From positions 1-54,254 of the forward strand of contig JAQVWS010000002.1 in the NCBI GenBank assembly GCA_028709585.1: a stretch of 54,254 nt of DNA. The letters run 5' to 3'. Below the pieces are notes generated by a model that did no database searches, was not told the origin of the DNA, and worked only from the letters and a program-made list of their open reading frames with translations. This stretch comes from Syntrophomonas sp. (GTDB taxonomy: Bacteria; Bacillota; Syntrophomonadia; Syntrophomonadales; Syntrophomonadaceae). The position numbers and the translations under genes are program-made. Below are positions 1 through 8,426 of this stretch, piece by piece; position 1 is the first letter of the stretch; each line of letters opens with the position of its first letter.

Positions 1-1
1 T

Positions 2-1495
2 CAGATAAAAGGAGCTTTTGCTCAATATGAAAGAGCCAAAATAAAGCAAAGAACGGCTTACGGCAGAAAAAGAAAAGCATTATCAGGGAAGTTGCTTAAT
101 CCTGGTGGTTGGCCGGGACACCTTGGGCCATATGGATATAAATATATTAACGATACAAACGGCCCCAGGCTTGAAATAATCGAGAAAGAAGCTGAGATTG
201 TTAAGTATATTTATGACTTAGCCTATACTGAAAAGTACGGTATTATGCGGATTGTAGACAGATTGAACAATAAACAAATACCATCACCAAAAGGCGGGAT
301 ATGGCATAGCAGCACAGTAAGTAGGATATTAAAAAATGAAATGTATGCAGGCTTAATTCATTTTTACAAATTCCGCACCCTGATGACAAACGAAAGAACA
401 GAATCGGGTAGAAGAAAAATGAAGAGAGAAACCCGTCCCGTATCAGAACATATCACAATGCCTGTACCAGCTATAATTGAAAGAGATATATGGGAGGCTG
501 TTCAAGTATTTACCAATGAGAATCGAAACAACCACAGGATTGGTTCGTTCTTTTTACTGAAAGGGCGGGTAAAATGCGGGGTATGTGGCAAATCATGTGC
601 ATCCGAAACAAGCGGTGGAATATCACCGTTTTCAGGACAAAGGAGAATTTATTATCGATGTAAAGGGACTAAGACAGGTTATTTCCCCAAATGCACCCTA
701 CCCACCATTACTGCTCGAACCAATAGTATTAATCAAGGTCTTGATGATTTAGTTTGGAATGAGATAGTAAAATTCATATATAACCCTGAATTAATAAAGA
801 AGCATTTAAACGAAAACGAGAAAGCAGATAACTCAGAAGAAATAAAACTTAAACTATCGCAGTTAAAAAAGAAAATTAGCGACCTATCCAAACAAAAAGA
901 CGAACTTCTCAATCTCCGGCTAGAGGGATTACTGACAGCAGAAGAACTCAGGGGAAGGTTATCAAAATTGGATAATAAGAAGAAATATTATGAGAAAGAC
1001 TCTTATCTTCTCAAGCAAGAATTAGGTTCAATTAAGCCTAAAATCGATCCAGATGCTTTCTGTGAGTATTTTCAAGACAGAATTAAAAACGCAAAACCTG
1101 AGATTAAAGCCCAAGTCGTCAATGATTTAGACATAAAGGTATTTGTGTATTCAAAAAATGAATTTCGGGTGGAATGGCCTTTTAGTATTACAACAGATAT
1201 AATAGAAGAAATAGACTTAACTAGGCATCATGTTTCCCTGACGCCAGAAATAAAAAAAGCCTTGGATGAATATTGCCAGAAGCATAAAATAACTACATCA
1301 GAAGCAATCAGAAGAGCTATCCAATCAGTACCTTTAGACGAAGTTTATGTAAAACCACCAAGAGGAACCCGTGTTGATTCAACAGTATTGTTAAATAATG
1401 GTAATGTGGATATTGTAAAATTGCTTCAAAAGAAACATAGGGTATCTGCAACAATGGCTATAGAATGGGCTTTGTTAATGTTTCTCAAACCTTGA
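2..1495 (+). CDS. Large serine recombinase (integrase), 5' end cut by the window edge
   Basis: The frame is open from nt 2. QIKGAFAQYERAKIKQRTAYGRKRK looks like the end of a resolvase catalytic domain (alpha-E helix). It is followed by a recombinase domain (GGIWHSSTVSRILKNEMYAGL), a Cys-rich zinc ribbon (CGVCGK...YYRCKG...PKC) and a long coiled coil (KLKLSQLKKKISDLSKQKDELLNLRLEGLLTAEEL). The ORF-track start at 92 is an internal TTG. Confidence 0.9.
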   Translation, partial: QIKGAFAQYERAKIKQRTAYGRKRKALSGKLLNPGGWPGHLGPYGYKYINDTNGPRLEIIEKEAEIVKYIYDLAYTEKYGIMRIVDRLNNKQIPSPKGGIWHSSTVSRILKNEMYAGLIHFYKFRTLMTNERTESGRRKMKRETRPVSEHITMPVPAIIERDIWEAVQVFTNENRNNHRIGSFFLLKGRVKCGVCGKSCASETSGGISPFSGQRRIYYRCKGTKTGYFPKCTLPTITARTNSINQGLDDLVWNEIVKFIYNPELIKKHLNENEKADNSEEIKLKLSQLKKKISDLSKQKDELLNLRLEGLLTAEELRGRLSKLDNKKKYYEKDSYLLKQELGSIKPKIDPDAFCEYFQDRIKNAKPEIKAQVVNDLDIKVFVYSKNEFRVEWPFSITTDIIEEIDLTRHHVSLTPEIKKALDEYCQKHKITTSEAIRRAIQSVPLDEVYVKPPRGTRVDSTVLLNNGNVDIVKLLQKKHRVSATMAIEWALLMFLKP

Positions 1496-1619
1496 TATCC
1501 ATTCCGACTTTCATTCCCACTTCGTCAAAATTCGGCAATCCATTTTGTATATCGACTTCTACCTTGACAGGTTTGGCTTCGATGCCGGTTAGAGCCAGGG
1601 TGCTTAACGTTGCTAACAT
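1485..1619 (-). pseudogene. comM: 5' fragment of comM/yifB (Mg-chelatase-like competence ATPase), truncated by insertion
   Basis: MLATLSTLALTGIEAKPVKVEVDIQNGLPNF matches the conserved ComM/YifB N-terminus (pattern ...LxGIxAxPVxVEVDIxxGLPxF). Similarity is lost after about 31-37 codons, and a stop follows right next to the recombinase stop codon. Confidence 0.7.
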
Positions 1620-1924
1620 AGGCCATAAGCTCCAATTCTCATATTTTATGCAATATTCTATTAATAATGGCAAAACCCTTCTTTAAATACAATAAATAAC
1701 AGTATGCCGAATTTGTTGCCTTGATGAAATAGACAGTCAGTTTGATTGCGGTAACATAATATGGTAGAGGCTCAAAAAGTCCTTTTATAAGCGAAAGAAG
1801 TATATAATAAATATAGCAACCATTTAATAGACATAATTAATGACATAAATAGGATTTATAAGCAGATAAATAGGATATATCATTATTCGTATATCATTGC
1901 AGAACAAAGCTATAGAAGGAGGTA

Positions 1925-2356
1925 ATGTATATGACTGCTCTTCAATGGATAATAATTGCGGTATTGTGTGGGACAATAGAGATATTTACGGCTGGTTTTT
2001 GGTTTCTGTGGCTGGCATTGGCAGCGTCGCTAGTGGCTGCAGGGGTTGCCGTGACCATTCTGAGTGAACTGTCCGTTCAGCTATTGGTTTTTGCTTTTAT
2101 CACCCTGATTTTCATTGTATTTACTCGTCCTCTGTTGCTAAAACTAGTTAAAACTAATGATAAGTTTAGCAATGTCAATGCTTTGATAGGCCAGCATGGC
2201 TTGTCTACGACGGGTATATCTCCATTTAATTATGGTCAGGTGAAGGTCAACGGGGAAATTTGGACGGCAGTAGCTTCTGAAGAAATTGAAGCAAATATGC
2301 GAATCGAAGTGACCGATATTGATGGGGTGAAACTGGTGGTAAAGAAAGCAGTTTAG
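1925..2356 (+). CDS. NfeD-family membrane protein (partner of SPFH proteins)
   Basis: It has N-terminal TM helices and a C-terminal OB-fold-like segment (GQVKVNGEIWTAVASEEIEANMRIEVTDIDGVKLVV). A GGAGG RBS precedes it, and it lies directly upstream of an SPFH gene, which is the canonical operon. Confidence 0.85.
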   Translation: MYMTALQWIIIAVLCGTIEIFTAGFWFLWLALAASLVAAGVAVTILSELSVQLLVFAFITLIFIVFTRPLLLKLVKTNDKFSNVNALIGQHGLSTTGISPFNYGQVKVNGEIWTAVASEEIEANMRIEVTDIDGVKLVVKKAV

Positions 2357-2394
2357 TTTTATTATGCAAGGAAAAAAACGAGAGGGATGATTTT

Positions 2395-3345
2395 ATGGAA
2401 ACGATAATTGTGAATCTGGTTATTGTATTATTTGTTATACTTATTGCTTATTCTTCAGTTAAGATAATTAGTCAAGCTACGGTTGGCATTGTGGAAAGAC
2501 TGGGCAAATTTCATAAAAAGGCGGAGAAGGGTATCAATATAATAATTCCCTTTATTGATAGCTTCAGAGCTATTGTGGACATGAGGGAACAGGTAGTTAG
2601 TTTTCTTCCTCAACCGGTTATCACCAAGGATAATGTTACTATGATGATTGACACAGTTATTTACTATCAGGTTACCGATCCTTTTAAATATACGTATGAA
2701 ATTCAAAACCCGATATTTGCTATTGATAACCTTGCAGCAACTACGCTTAGAAATATCGTAGGAGATCTGGAATTGGACCAGACCCTTACTTCCCGTGATC
2801 TTGTCAACAACAAGCTGCGGGCGATTCTCGACGAAGCTACTGATAAATGGGGTATCAAGGTTAATCGGGTGGAACTTAAAAATATCATGCCCCCCCAGGA
2901 CATTCAAAGCGCTATGGAAAAACAGATGCGAGCGGAGAGAGAGAAGAGGCAGGCTATTTTGTTGGCGGAGGGAGAAAAGACCGCCGCTATTCTGGAAGCA
3001 GAAGGCAAAAAACAAGCCGCCATCCTTAATGCGGAAGCCCTCAAGGAAGCCGCCATTAGAAAAGCCGAAGGCAACCGCCAAGCCGCTATTCTGGAAGCGG
3101 AAGGAGAAGCTCTGGCCATATTGAATGTTCAGAAAGCTTTTGCCGATAGCTTGATTATGATTAAAAATGCAGGTGCAGATGATAAGGTATTAGCGTTGAA
3201 ATCGCTGGAAGCCATAAAAGAGTTAGGCCATGGTCAGGCTACCAAGCTGATCATACCGGGAGACTTAGCCGGTCTGGGCGGTGCATTCGCAGCATTGAAG
3301 GAAGTTGTTACAGAAGCACCGGCCAAAGCCACACCACAGCCTTAA
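2395..3345 (+). CDS. SPFH/band-7 (stomatin/prohibitin-like) protein
   Basis: N-terminal TM helix, an SPFH core (GIVERLGKFHK...DNVTMMIDTVIYYQVTDP...LRNIVGDLELDQTLTSRD) and an Ala/Glu-rich coiled-coil tail with AAILEAEG repeats. Confidence 0.9.
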   Translation: METIIVNLVIVLFVILIAYSSVKIISQATVGIVERLGKFHKKAEKGINIIIPFIDSFRAIVDMREQVVSFLPQPVITKDNVTMMIDTVIYYQVTDPFKYTYEIQNPIFAIDNLAATTLRNIVGDLELDQTLTSRDLVNNKLRAILDEATDKWGIKVNRVELKNIMPPQDIQSAMEKQMRAEREKRQAILLAEGEKTAAILEAEGKKQAAILNAEALKEAAIRKAEGNRQAAILEAEGEALAILNVQKAFADSLIMIKNAGADDKVLALKSLEAIKELGHGQATKLIIPGDLAGLGGAFAALKEVVTEAPAKATPQP

Positions 3346-3368
3346 TAATATGCTGTCATAAAATCAGG

Positions 3369-3402
3369 AGCCTTATTTTATTATAAAAATAAGGCTTCTT
3401 TT
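3369..3402 (+). terminator. Rho-independent terminator after the nfeD-SPFH operon
   Basis: Perfect 11-bp stem AGCCTTATTTT / AAAATAAGGCT with a 5-6 nt loop, followed by a T-rich tail. Confidence 0.8.
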
Positions 3403-3555
3403 AATACATTTGGAAGCACTATATTGGACAACATGTTTCATATACCATAAAAATATTCAACCCATACATTGCTATTTGTACCTAGATAAAGTTAAAATCA
3501 TATCAACAATAGAAAAGACTATTGTAAACACTGACGAACTGAACAGGAGGCAAAA

Positions 3556-3930
3556 ATGTTTAACATTGGACCATGGGAATTGGCACTTATCCTTGTGGTT
3601 GCATTAATTGTGGTGGGACCGGGCAAATTGCCTGATGTAGCTAAAGCAATCGGGAAAGGTATAAACGAGTTCAAAAAGGTTACCACTGGATACAAACGAG
3701 AGCTTCAGGATGCAATGGACACCGTACAAGAGCCAGTGAAACAATTAATTGACGAACCGGTGCCGGAAAAAAAAGAAGAAAATAATCCAAGCCAAACTGA
3801 TCCGGTAAAGACGGAGAAAAAAACTGATCAATTACTTGCAACGGCTGACAATTTTGAAGCTGATATTCTGGGGAACAAACAAGAGGATACCAATGATGGT
3901 ACATCATCCATTCCTTCGCAGGATAAATAG
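3556..3930 (+). CDS. tatA: Twin-arginine translocase TatA/TatE-family protein
   Basis: MFNIGPWELALILVVALIVVGPGKLPDVAKAIGKGINEFKK is the typical TatA TM plus amphipathic helix. The C-terminal tail is acidic and low-complexity. AGGAGG RBS. Confidence 0.85.
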   Translation: MFNIGPWELALILVVALIVVGPGKLPDVAKAIGKGINEFKKVTTGYKRELQDAMDTVQEPVKQLIDEPVPEKKEENNPSQTDPVKTEKKTDQLLATADNFEADILGNKQEDTNDGTSSIPSQDK

Positions 3931-3956
3931 ATATTGAACTGAATATTAAAAAAACG

Positions 3957-3985
3957 GTGACACCAGTATGAAATAATGGTAATAT
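3957..3985 (+). promoter_or_regulatory. Candidate sigma-A promoter for the SAM-riboswitch leader
   Basis: GTGACA, 17 nt, TAATAT, about 30 nt upstream of the riboswitch P1 stem. Confidence 0.35.
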
Positions 3986-4013
3986 ACAAAAGTATAAAAA
4001 TAATAATTTGATA

Positions 4014-4116
4014 TTCTCTTATCCAGAGAGGTGGAGGGACTGGCCCGATGAAACCCGGCAACCGACTAACAAAGTACGGTGCCAAATCCTGCAGGGTATC
4101 CTGGAAGATGAGAGGG
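4014..4116 (+). promoter_or_regulatory. SAM-I (S-box) riboswitch aptamer
   Basis: TTCTCTTATCCAGAGAGGTGGAGGGACTGGCCCGATGAAACCCGGCAACC...GGTGCCAAATCCTGCAGG...GATGAGAGGG reproduces the S-box consensus blocks. P1 pairs CTCTTATC with GATGAGAG. Confidence 0.92.
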
Positions 4117-4130
4117 AACTGTAATAACGA

Positions 4131-4158
4131 GCCCTCTTTGTAAGAAGAGGGTATTTTT
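4131..4158 (+). terminator. Expression-platform terminator of the SAM riboswitch
   Basis: CCCTCTT TGTAAG AAGAGGG followed by TATTTTT. The 5' arm can alternatively pair with the GAGAGGG 3' strand of P1 (anti-terminator logic). Confidence 0.8.
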
Positions 4159-4187
4159 ATATAGTAAATTATTAAGGGAGTGGTTTT

Positions 4188-6707
4188 ATGGCGGTCGATC
4201 TGGAATCCTTATTGAAGGAAAGAATACTGGTGATGGACGGTGCTATGGGTACCATGCTCCAGCAAAGAGGAATGATGCCAGGAGATTGCCCGGAGCTGTT
4301 TGGACTGGAACACCCAGAAATACTTACAGATATTCATCAGCAATACCTGGAAGCGGGGGCTGATATTATTGAAACCAACACATTTGGAGGGAATAGGTTC
4401 AAACTAGCTGAATACGGCTTGGAAAACCGTATAGAGGAAATCAACTCTGAGGTGGTAGGGATAGCCAAGAAAGCCGCCCGAGGAAATGCGCTGGTGGCGG
4501 CCTGCATAGGCCCTACCGGGAAATTACTAAAGCCGATGGGCGATGTGGAATTTGATGATTTATATATAGCTTTTCGGGATCAGATAATTGCCTGTGAAAG
4601 AGCAGGTGCTGATTTGATCTGCATTGAGACCATGATTGATATTGGAGAGATGAGAACTGCTATAATTGCTGCCAGAAATAACACTCGTTTGCCGGTAATC
4701 GCCCATTTAACCTTTGAGGCTGGAGGCAGCACCATGATGGGGACTGATCCTCTTACCGCCATGATTATAATGGAAGCGCTTCAGCCTTTGGCGATGGGGG
4801 CTAACTGTTCCGGGGGAGCCAAGGAACTTCTGCCGATTATTCAGACTATGTCCAAGTACACCAGGAGCTTTCTCTCAGTTGAACCTAATGCCGGTTTGCC
4901 ACGCCTGGTTGAGGATAAAACGGTATTCCCGGACACCCCGGAACAAATGGCAGAATATGCCTTGCGGCTGAAAGATGCCGGGGCTAATATTATTGGCGGT
5001 TGCTGCGGAACCACTCCCCGGCATATACAAGCAATGTCATCGGTACTCAAAGGGCTGCCGCCGGCGCGTCGCAGCGGCCGCAAGTATTTTGCCTTTGCTT
5101 CGCGCAGCAAGCACTTTTTTATCGGCCCGGACCAACCTCTGGCGATGATAGGTGAGCGAATTAACCCAACTGCCCGCAAAAAGCTGGCCCAGGATATTAA
5201 GGACGGCAAGATGCAGGTTGTGGTTGAGGAAGCAAAAAAACAGGCTGTTATTGCTCCTATGCTCGATGTTAATATGGGAGTTCCCGGCATCGATGAGCCA
5301 CACGCCATGAAACAAGCAGTTATGATTATACAGGAAGCTTTGGATATGCCATTGTCCATTGATTCAACTAATCCTGAGGCGGTGGAAGAGGGCTTAAAGA
5401 ATTTTGTGGGCCGGCCTCTTATCAACTCTACTACCGGAGAAGATAAACACCTGGATGTGATCCTGCCACTGGCTAAAAAATATGGCGCAGCAGTTTTAGG
5501 ACTGTGTTTAGACGAAAAAGGGATTCCGGAGAGCAGCGAGGAGCGATTCCAGGTTGCCCAAAAGATATACCGGCGGGCTAAGGAATACGGTCTCCGGGAT
5601 GAAGATGTTTTTATTGATTGCCTGGTTAAAACGGCCAGTGCTGAGCAGTACCAGGTTATGGAAACTATTGAGGCTTTACGGAAAGTAAAAGAAAAGCTGG
5701 GCCTCGGCACGGTGTTAGGAATCAGTAATGTATCCCATGGCTTGCCGGCGCGAGAAGTGCTGAATTCCACCTTCCTGGCTATGGCCTGGGCAGCCGGATT
5801 GGATTTGCCGATTATCAATCCCTTTGATTCCAGAATGATGGATGTGAATAGAGCTGCAGCCGTTCTTATGAATCGCGATAAAAACAGCTCGGACTATATT
5901 GCCCAATATAAGGATTATAGACCAGAAACGCAGAAAAGACCTGAGTCTGCCAGGCATGCGGTTTGTGCCCAATGTAATATACCGGCTCTACTGCAGGCCG
6001 TAAAGGTGGAATCTCCTGAAGCCCCGCCAGTTCCGGAAATAGAATATGATCCCAGTCTAACCGCCGATACTATCCGCAAACTTATTAAGAAAGCCGTTTT
6101 GACCGGGGAACGTGATAGTATTGAAGCTTTGATTGAGCAGGCATTAAAGGAAGACAAAATTCCGGCTTTAGAAATTGTTAATCAATCTTTAATTCCGGGG
6201 ATTGAAGAAGCGGGTGAATTGTATGATCGCAAGCAGTATTTCCTGCCCCAGCTCATGATGGCGGCGGAAACCATGAAAAGGGCCTTTGCCCGCTTAAAAC
6301 CGCATTTGACGATGGAAGCGCACCAGGAATCCGGGGTTATAGTTATTGCAACCGTAGAAGGAGATATTCATGATATTGGTAAGAATATTGTGGCCATAAT
6401 GCTTGAGAATTATGGTTTTAGAATAATTGATTTAGGTAAGGATGTGGCAGCAGAAACGATTTTGACTGTTGCCCAAAAAGAGAATGCCGACATTATTGGA
6501 TTAAGCGCTTTGATGACTACAACCATGCCCCGTATGCAAGAGGTAATTGAAGGAGTTAAGAGAATGGGACTGCGTTGCCGGGTTATGGTGGGGGGAGCGG
6601 TTTTAAACCAGGAATATGCTGACCGTATAGGTGCAGATGGTTATTCGCCAGATGCCCGGGCAGCTATTATGACGGCTCAGAAATTGATGGGTTTATTTAT
6701 TAAATAA
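4188..6707 (+). CDS. metH: Cobalamin-dependent methionine synthase (Hcy-methyltransferase + pterin-binding + B12-binding domains, no AdoMet reactivation domain)
   Basis: Hcy S-methyltransferase domain with a GGCCGTTP zinc-Cys motif, a pterin-binding domain, then the B12 cap and Rossmann fold with DxHxxG (GDIHDIGKN). The 839-aa length means the C-terminal activation module is absent. Confidence 0.9.
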   Translation: MAVDLESLLKERILVMDGAMGTMLQQRGMMPGDCPELFGLEHPEILTDIHQQYLEAGADIIETNTFGGNRFKLAEYGLENRIEEINSEVVGIAKKAARGNALVAACIGPTGKLLKPMGDVEFDDLYIAFRDQIIACERAGADLICIETMIDIGEMRTAIIAARNNTRLPVIAHLTFEAGGSTMMGTDPLTAMIIMEALQPLAMGANCSGGAKELLPIIQTMSKYTRSFLSVEPNAGLPRLVEDKTVFPDTPEQMAEYALRLKDAGANIIGGCCGTTPRHIQAMSSVLKGLPPARRSGRKYFAFASRSKHFFIGPDQPLAMIGERINPTARKKLAQDIKDGKMQVVVEEAKKQAVIAPMLDVNMGVPGIDEPHAMKQAVMIIQEALDMPLSIDSTNPEAVEEGLKNFVGRPLINSTTGEDKHLDVILPLAKKYGAAVLGLCLDEKGIPESSEERFQVAQKIYRRAKEYGLRDEDVFIDCLVKTASAEQYQVMETIEALRKVKEKLGLGTVLGISNVSHGLPAREVLNSTFLAMAWAAGLDLPIINPFDSRMMDVNRAAAVLMNRDKNSSDYIAQYKDYRPETQKRPESARHAVCAQCNIPALLQAVKVESPEAPPVPEIEYDPSLTADTIRKLIKKAVLTGERDSIEALIEQALKEDKIPALEIVNQSLIPGIEEAGELYDRKQYFLPQLMMAAETMKRAFARLKPHLTMEAHQESGVIVIATVEGDIHDIGKNIVAIMLENYGFRIIDLGKDVAAETILTVAQKENADIIGLSALMTTTMPRMQEVIEGVKRMGLRCRVMVGGAVLNQEYADRIGADGYSPDARAAIMTAQKLMGLFIK

Positions 6708-6754
6708 TTTATTTATTATAATTTCACGATTCATTTATTAGGGAGGATGACAAA

Positions 6755-7993
6755 GTGGCAGTAAAAAAAAGCTACGAAGAGATTAATGAGAAAATCAAGC
6801 GCGGTGAGGCAGTGGTTGTTACTGCGGAAGAGGTTATCGAAATTGCAGCTGAAAAGGGTTATGCCAAAGCAGCTAAGGAAATCGATGTGGTAACCACTGG
6901 AACCTTTGGTGCCATGTGTTCTTCAGGAGCCTTTATAAATTTTGGACACTCCAATCCGCGGATAAAAATGAAAAAAGTCTGGCTCAACGGAGTTGAGGCT
7001 TACAGCGGGATTGCAGCCGTAGATGCTTATATAGGTGCAGCTCAGCTGCCGGATAATGACCCTGAGAACAAGGTGTTTCCAGGTCGTTTCAGTTACGGAG
7101 GAGGACATGTGATTCATGACCTGGTAGCCAGAAAAGAGATCCGGTTGGAAGCGGTGGGATATGGCACCGACTGCTATCCGAACCAAAAAGTAGATACTAT
7201 CATAACCCTGGATGATGTAAATGATGCTTTCCTGTTCAACCCGCGCAATGCCTATCAAAATTATAACTGCGCCATAAATCTGGGTGACAAGGTGCTTTAT
7301 ACTTATATGGGAATTCTCAAACCTAAAGTAGGCAATGCCAGTTATTCCAGTGCCGGGCAATTAAGCCCTCTTATGAACGACCCTTATTATCGCACTATCG
7401 GAGTGGGCACGCGCATATTCCTGGGTGGGGGAATTGGCTATGTGGCTTGGAATGGAACTCAGCATCACCCCAATGTAAGCCGGGGCGAAAACGGAGTGCC
7501 GCAGACCGGGGCCGGAACCCTGTCTCTTATTGGTGATCTGAAACAAATGGACCCCAATTGGCTGGTAGGGTTGAGCTTTATTGGCTATGGCGCTACCATG
7601 GCTGTAGGCATCGGTATACCTATTCCCATCTTGGATGAAGAAATGCTGCGTTATACAGCTGTAAAAGACGAGGATATTTTCTGTCCCCTGGTTGATTATA
7701 ATGAAGGATATCCCTATTCCAAGCCGATGGACTTGGGATTAGTAAATTATAAGGATCTTAAGAGTGGTAAAATATTATTTAACGGCAAAGAGGTCGTAAC
7801 CACATCTCAATCCAGTTATCCGCGCGCCCGAAGAATAGCCGAAATATTAAAAGAATGGATTCAGCGCGGACAATTTGAACTGACCCGGCCGGTTGCCAAT
7901 ATTCCGTCAGCCGATGATGATATCATTTTTAAATCTATTCCGGAAAGAAAACCCGGCGTAACTTATTTTAATGGCGGGAATAGGAGGGACTAA
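6755..7993 (+). CDS. COG1900/DUF39 homocysteine-biosynthesis protein
   Basis: The N-terminus EINEKIKRGEAVVVTAEE...VDVVTTGTFGAMCSSGAF is typical of the DUF39 family. It is followed by the NIL-ferredoxin partner. GTG start with a GGGAGG RBS. Confidence 0.75.
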   Translation: MAVKKSYEEINEKIKRGEAVVVTAEEVIEIAAEKGYAKAAKEIDVVTTGTFGAMCSSGAFINFGHSNPRIKMKKVWLNGVEAYSGIAAVDAYIGAAQLPDNDPENKVFPGRFSYGGGHVIHDLVARKEIRLEAVGYGTDCYPNQKVDTIITLDDVNDAFLFNPRNAYQNYNCAINLGDKVLYTYMGILKPKVGNASYSSAGQLSPLMNDPYYRTIGVGTRIFLGGGIGYVAWNGTQHHPNVSRGENGVPQTGAGTLSLIGDLKQMDPNWLVGLSFIGYGATMAVGIGIPIPILDEEMLRYTAVKDEDIFCPLVDYNEGYPYSKPMDLGLVNYKDLKSGKILFNGKEVVTTSQSSYPRARRIAEILKEWIQRGQFELTRPVANIPSADDDIIFKSIPERKPGVTYFNGGNRRD

Positions 7994-7995
7994 AT

Positions 7996-8418
7996 ATGAA
8001 AAACAAACTGGTATGCTATTTTTCGGCGGCTCAATCAGAGCAACCCATTATATACAGACTGGTCAAAAACTATGACCTTATTGTTAATATTCTTAAAGCC
8101 GATATTAACCCGCAGAAGGAGGGCTATCTGGTTCTGGAACTGGAGGGAGATAAAAACAGCTATACGGAGGGAGTCGCTTTTATTAAGAGCCTGGGAGTAG
8201 TGGTAGAACCTCTCAGTGAAACGATAGTGTGGCAATCGGAGGTATGCATACAATGTGGAGCGTGCGCGTCCTTCTGTCCTACCGAAGCCCTAAATATCGA
8301 GCGCAATTCCATGGAAATATCTTTTATTGATTCTAAATGCGTGATCTGCGGTATGTGTCTAGATTGTTGTCCTACCCGTGCCATTCAGCTGCATTTTGAA
8401 ATCAAGGGAGCTGTATAA
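7996..8418 (+). CDS. NIL-domain / 2x[4Fe-4S] ferredoxin protein
   Basis: NIL-like N-terminal domain (PIIYRLVKNYDLIVNILKADI...GYLVLELEG) plus two CxxCxxCxxxCP motifs (CIQCGACASFCP, CVICGMCLDCCP). Confidence 0.8.
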   Translation: MKNKLVCYFSAAQSEQPIIYRLVKNYDLIVNILKADINPQKEGYLVLELEGDKNSYTEGVAFIKSLGVVVEPLSETIVWQSEVCIQCGACASFCPTEALNIERNSMEISFIDSKCVICGMCLDCCPTRAIQLHFEIKGAV

Positions 8419-8426
8419 AAATAATT

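Noticed and set aside
1465-1686. Plus-strand 73-aa ORF overlapping the end of the recombinase
   Set aside because: The opposite strand carries a recognisable ComM N-terminus. The plus-strand translation has no RBS and no family resemblance.
2455-3124. Several overlapping antisense and alternate-frame ORFs (2455-3081 minus, 2795-3124 plus, 2904-3119 minus) inside the SPFH gene
   Set aside because: They lie within the Ala/Glu-rich AAILEAEG-repeat coding region, whose GC-rich periodic codons keep other frames open. The translations are low-complexity (Ala/Ser/Arg/Leu runs), and the SPFH frame has clear family motifs.
4841-5818. 325-aa antisense ORF inside metH, plus shorter ones up to 6157
   Set aside because: It has no RBS or recognisable domain and is fully contained in a strongly supported metH frame. 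This is the typical shadow ORF of a relatively GC-rich gene.
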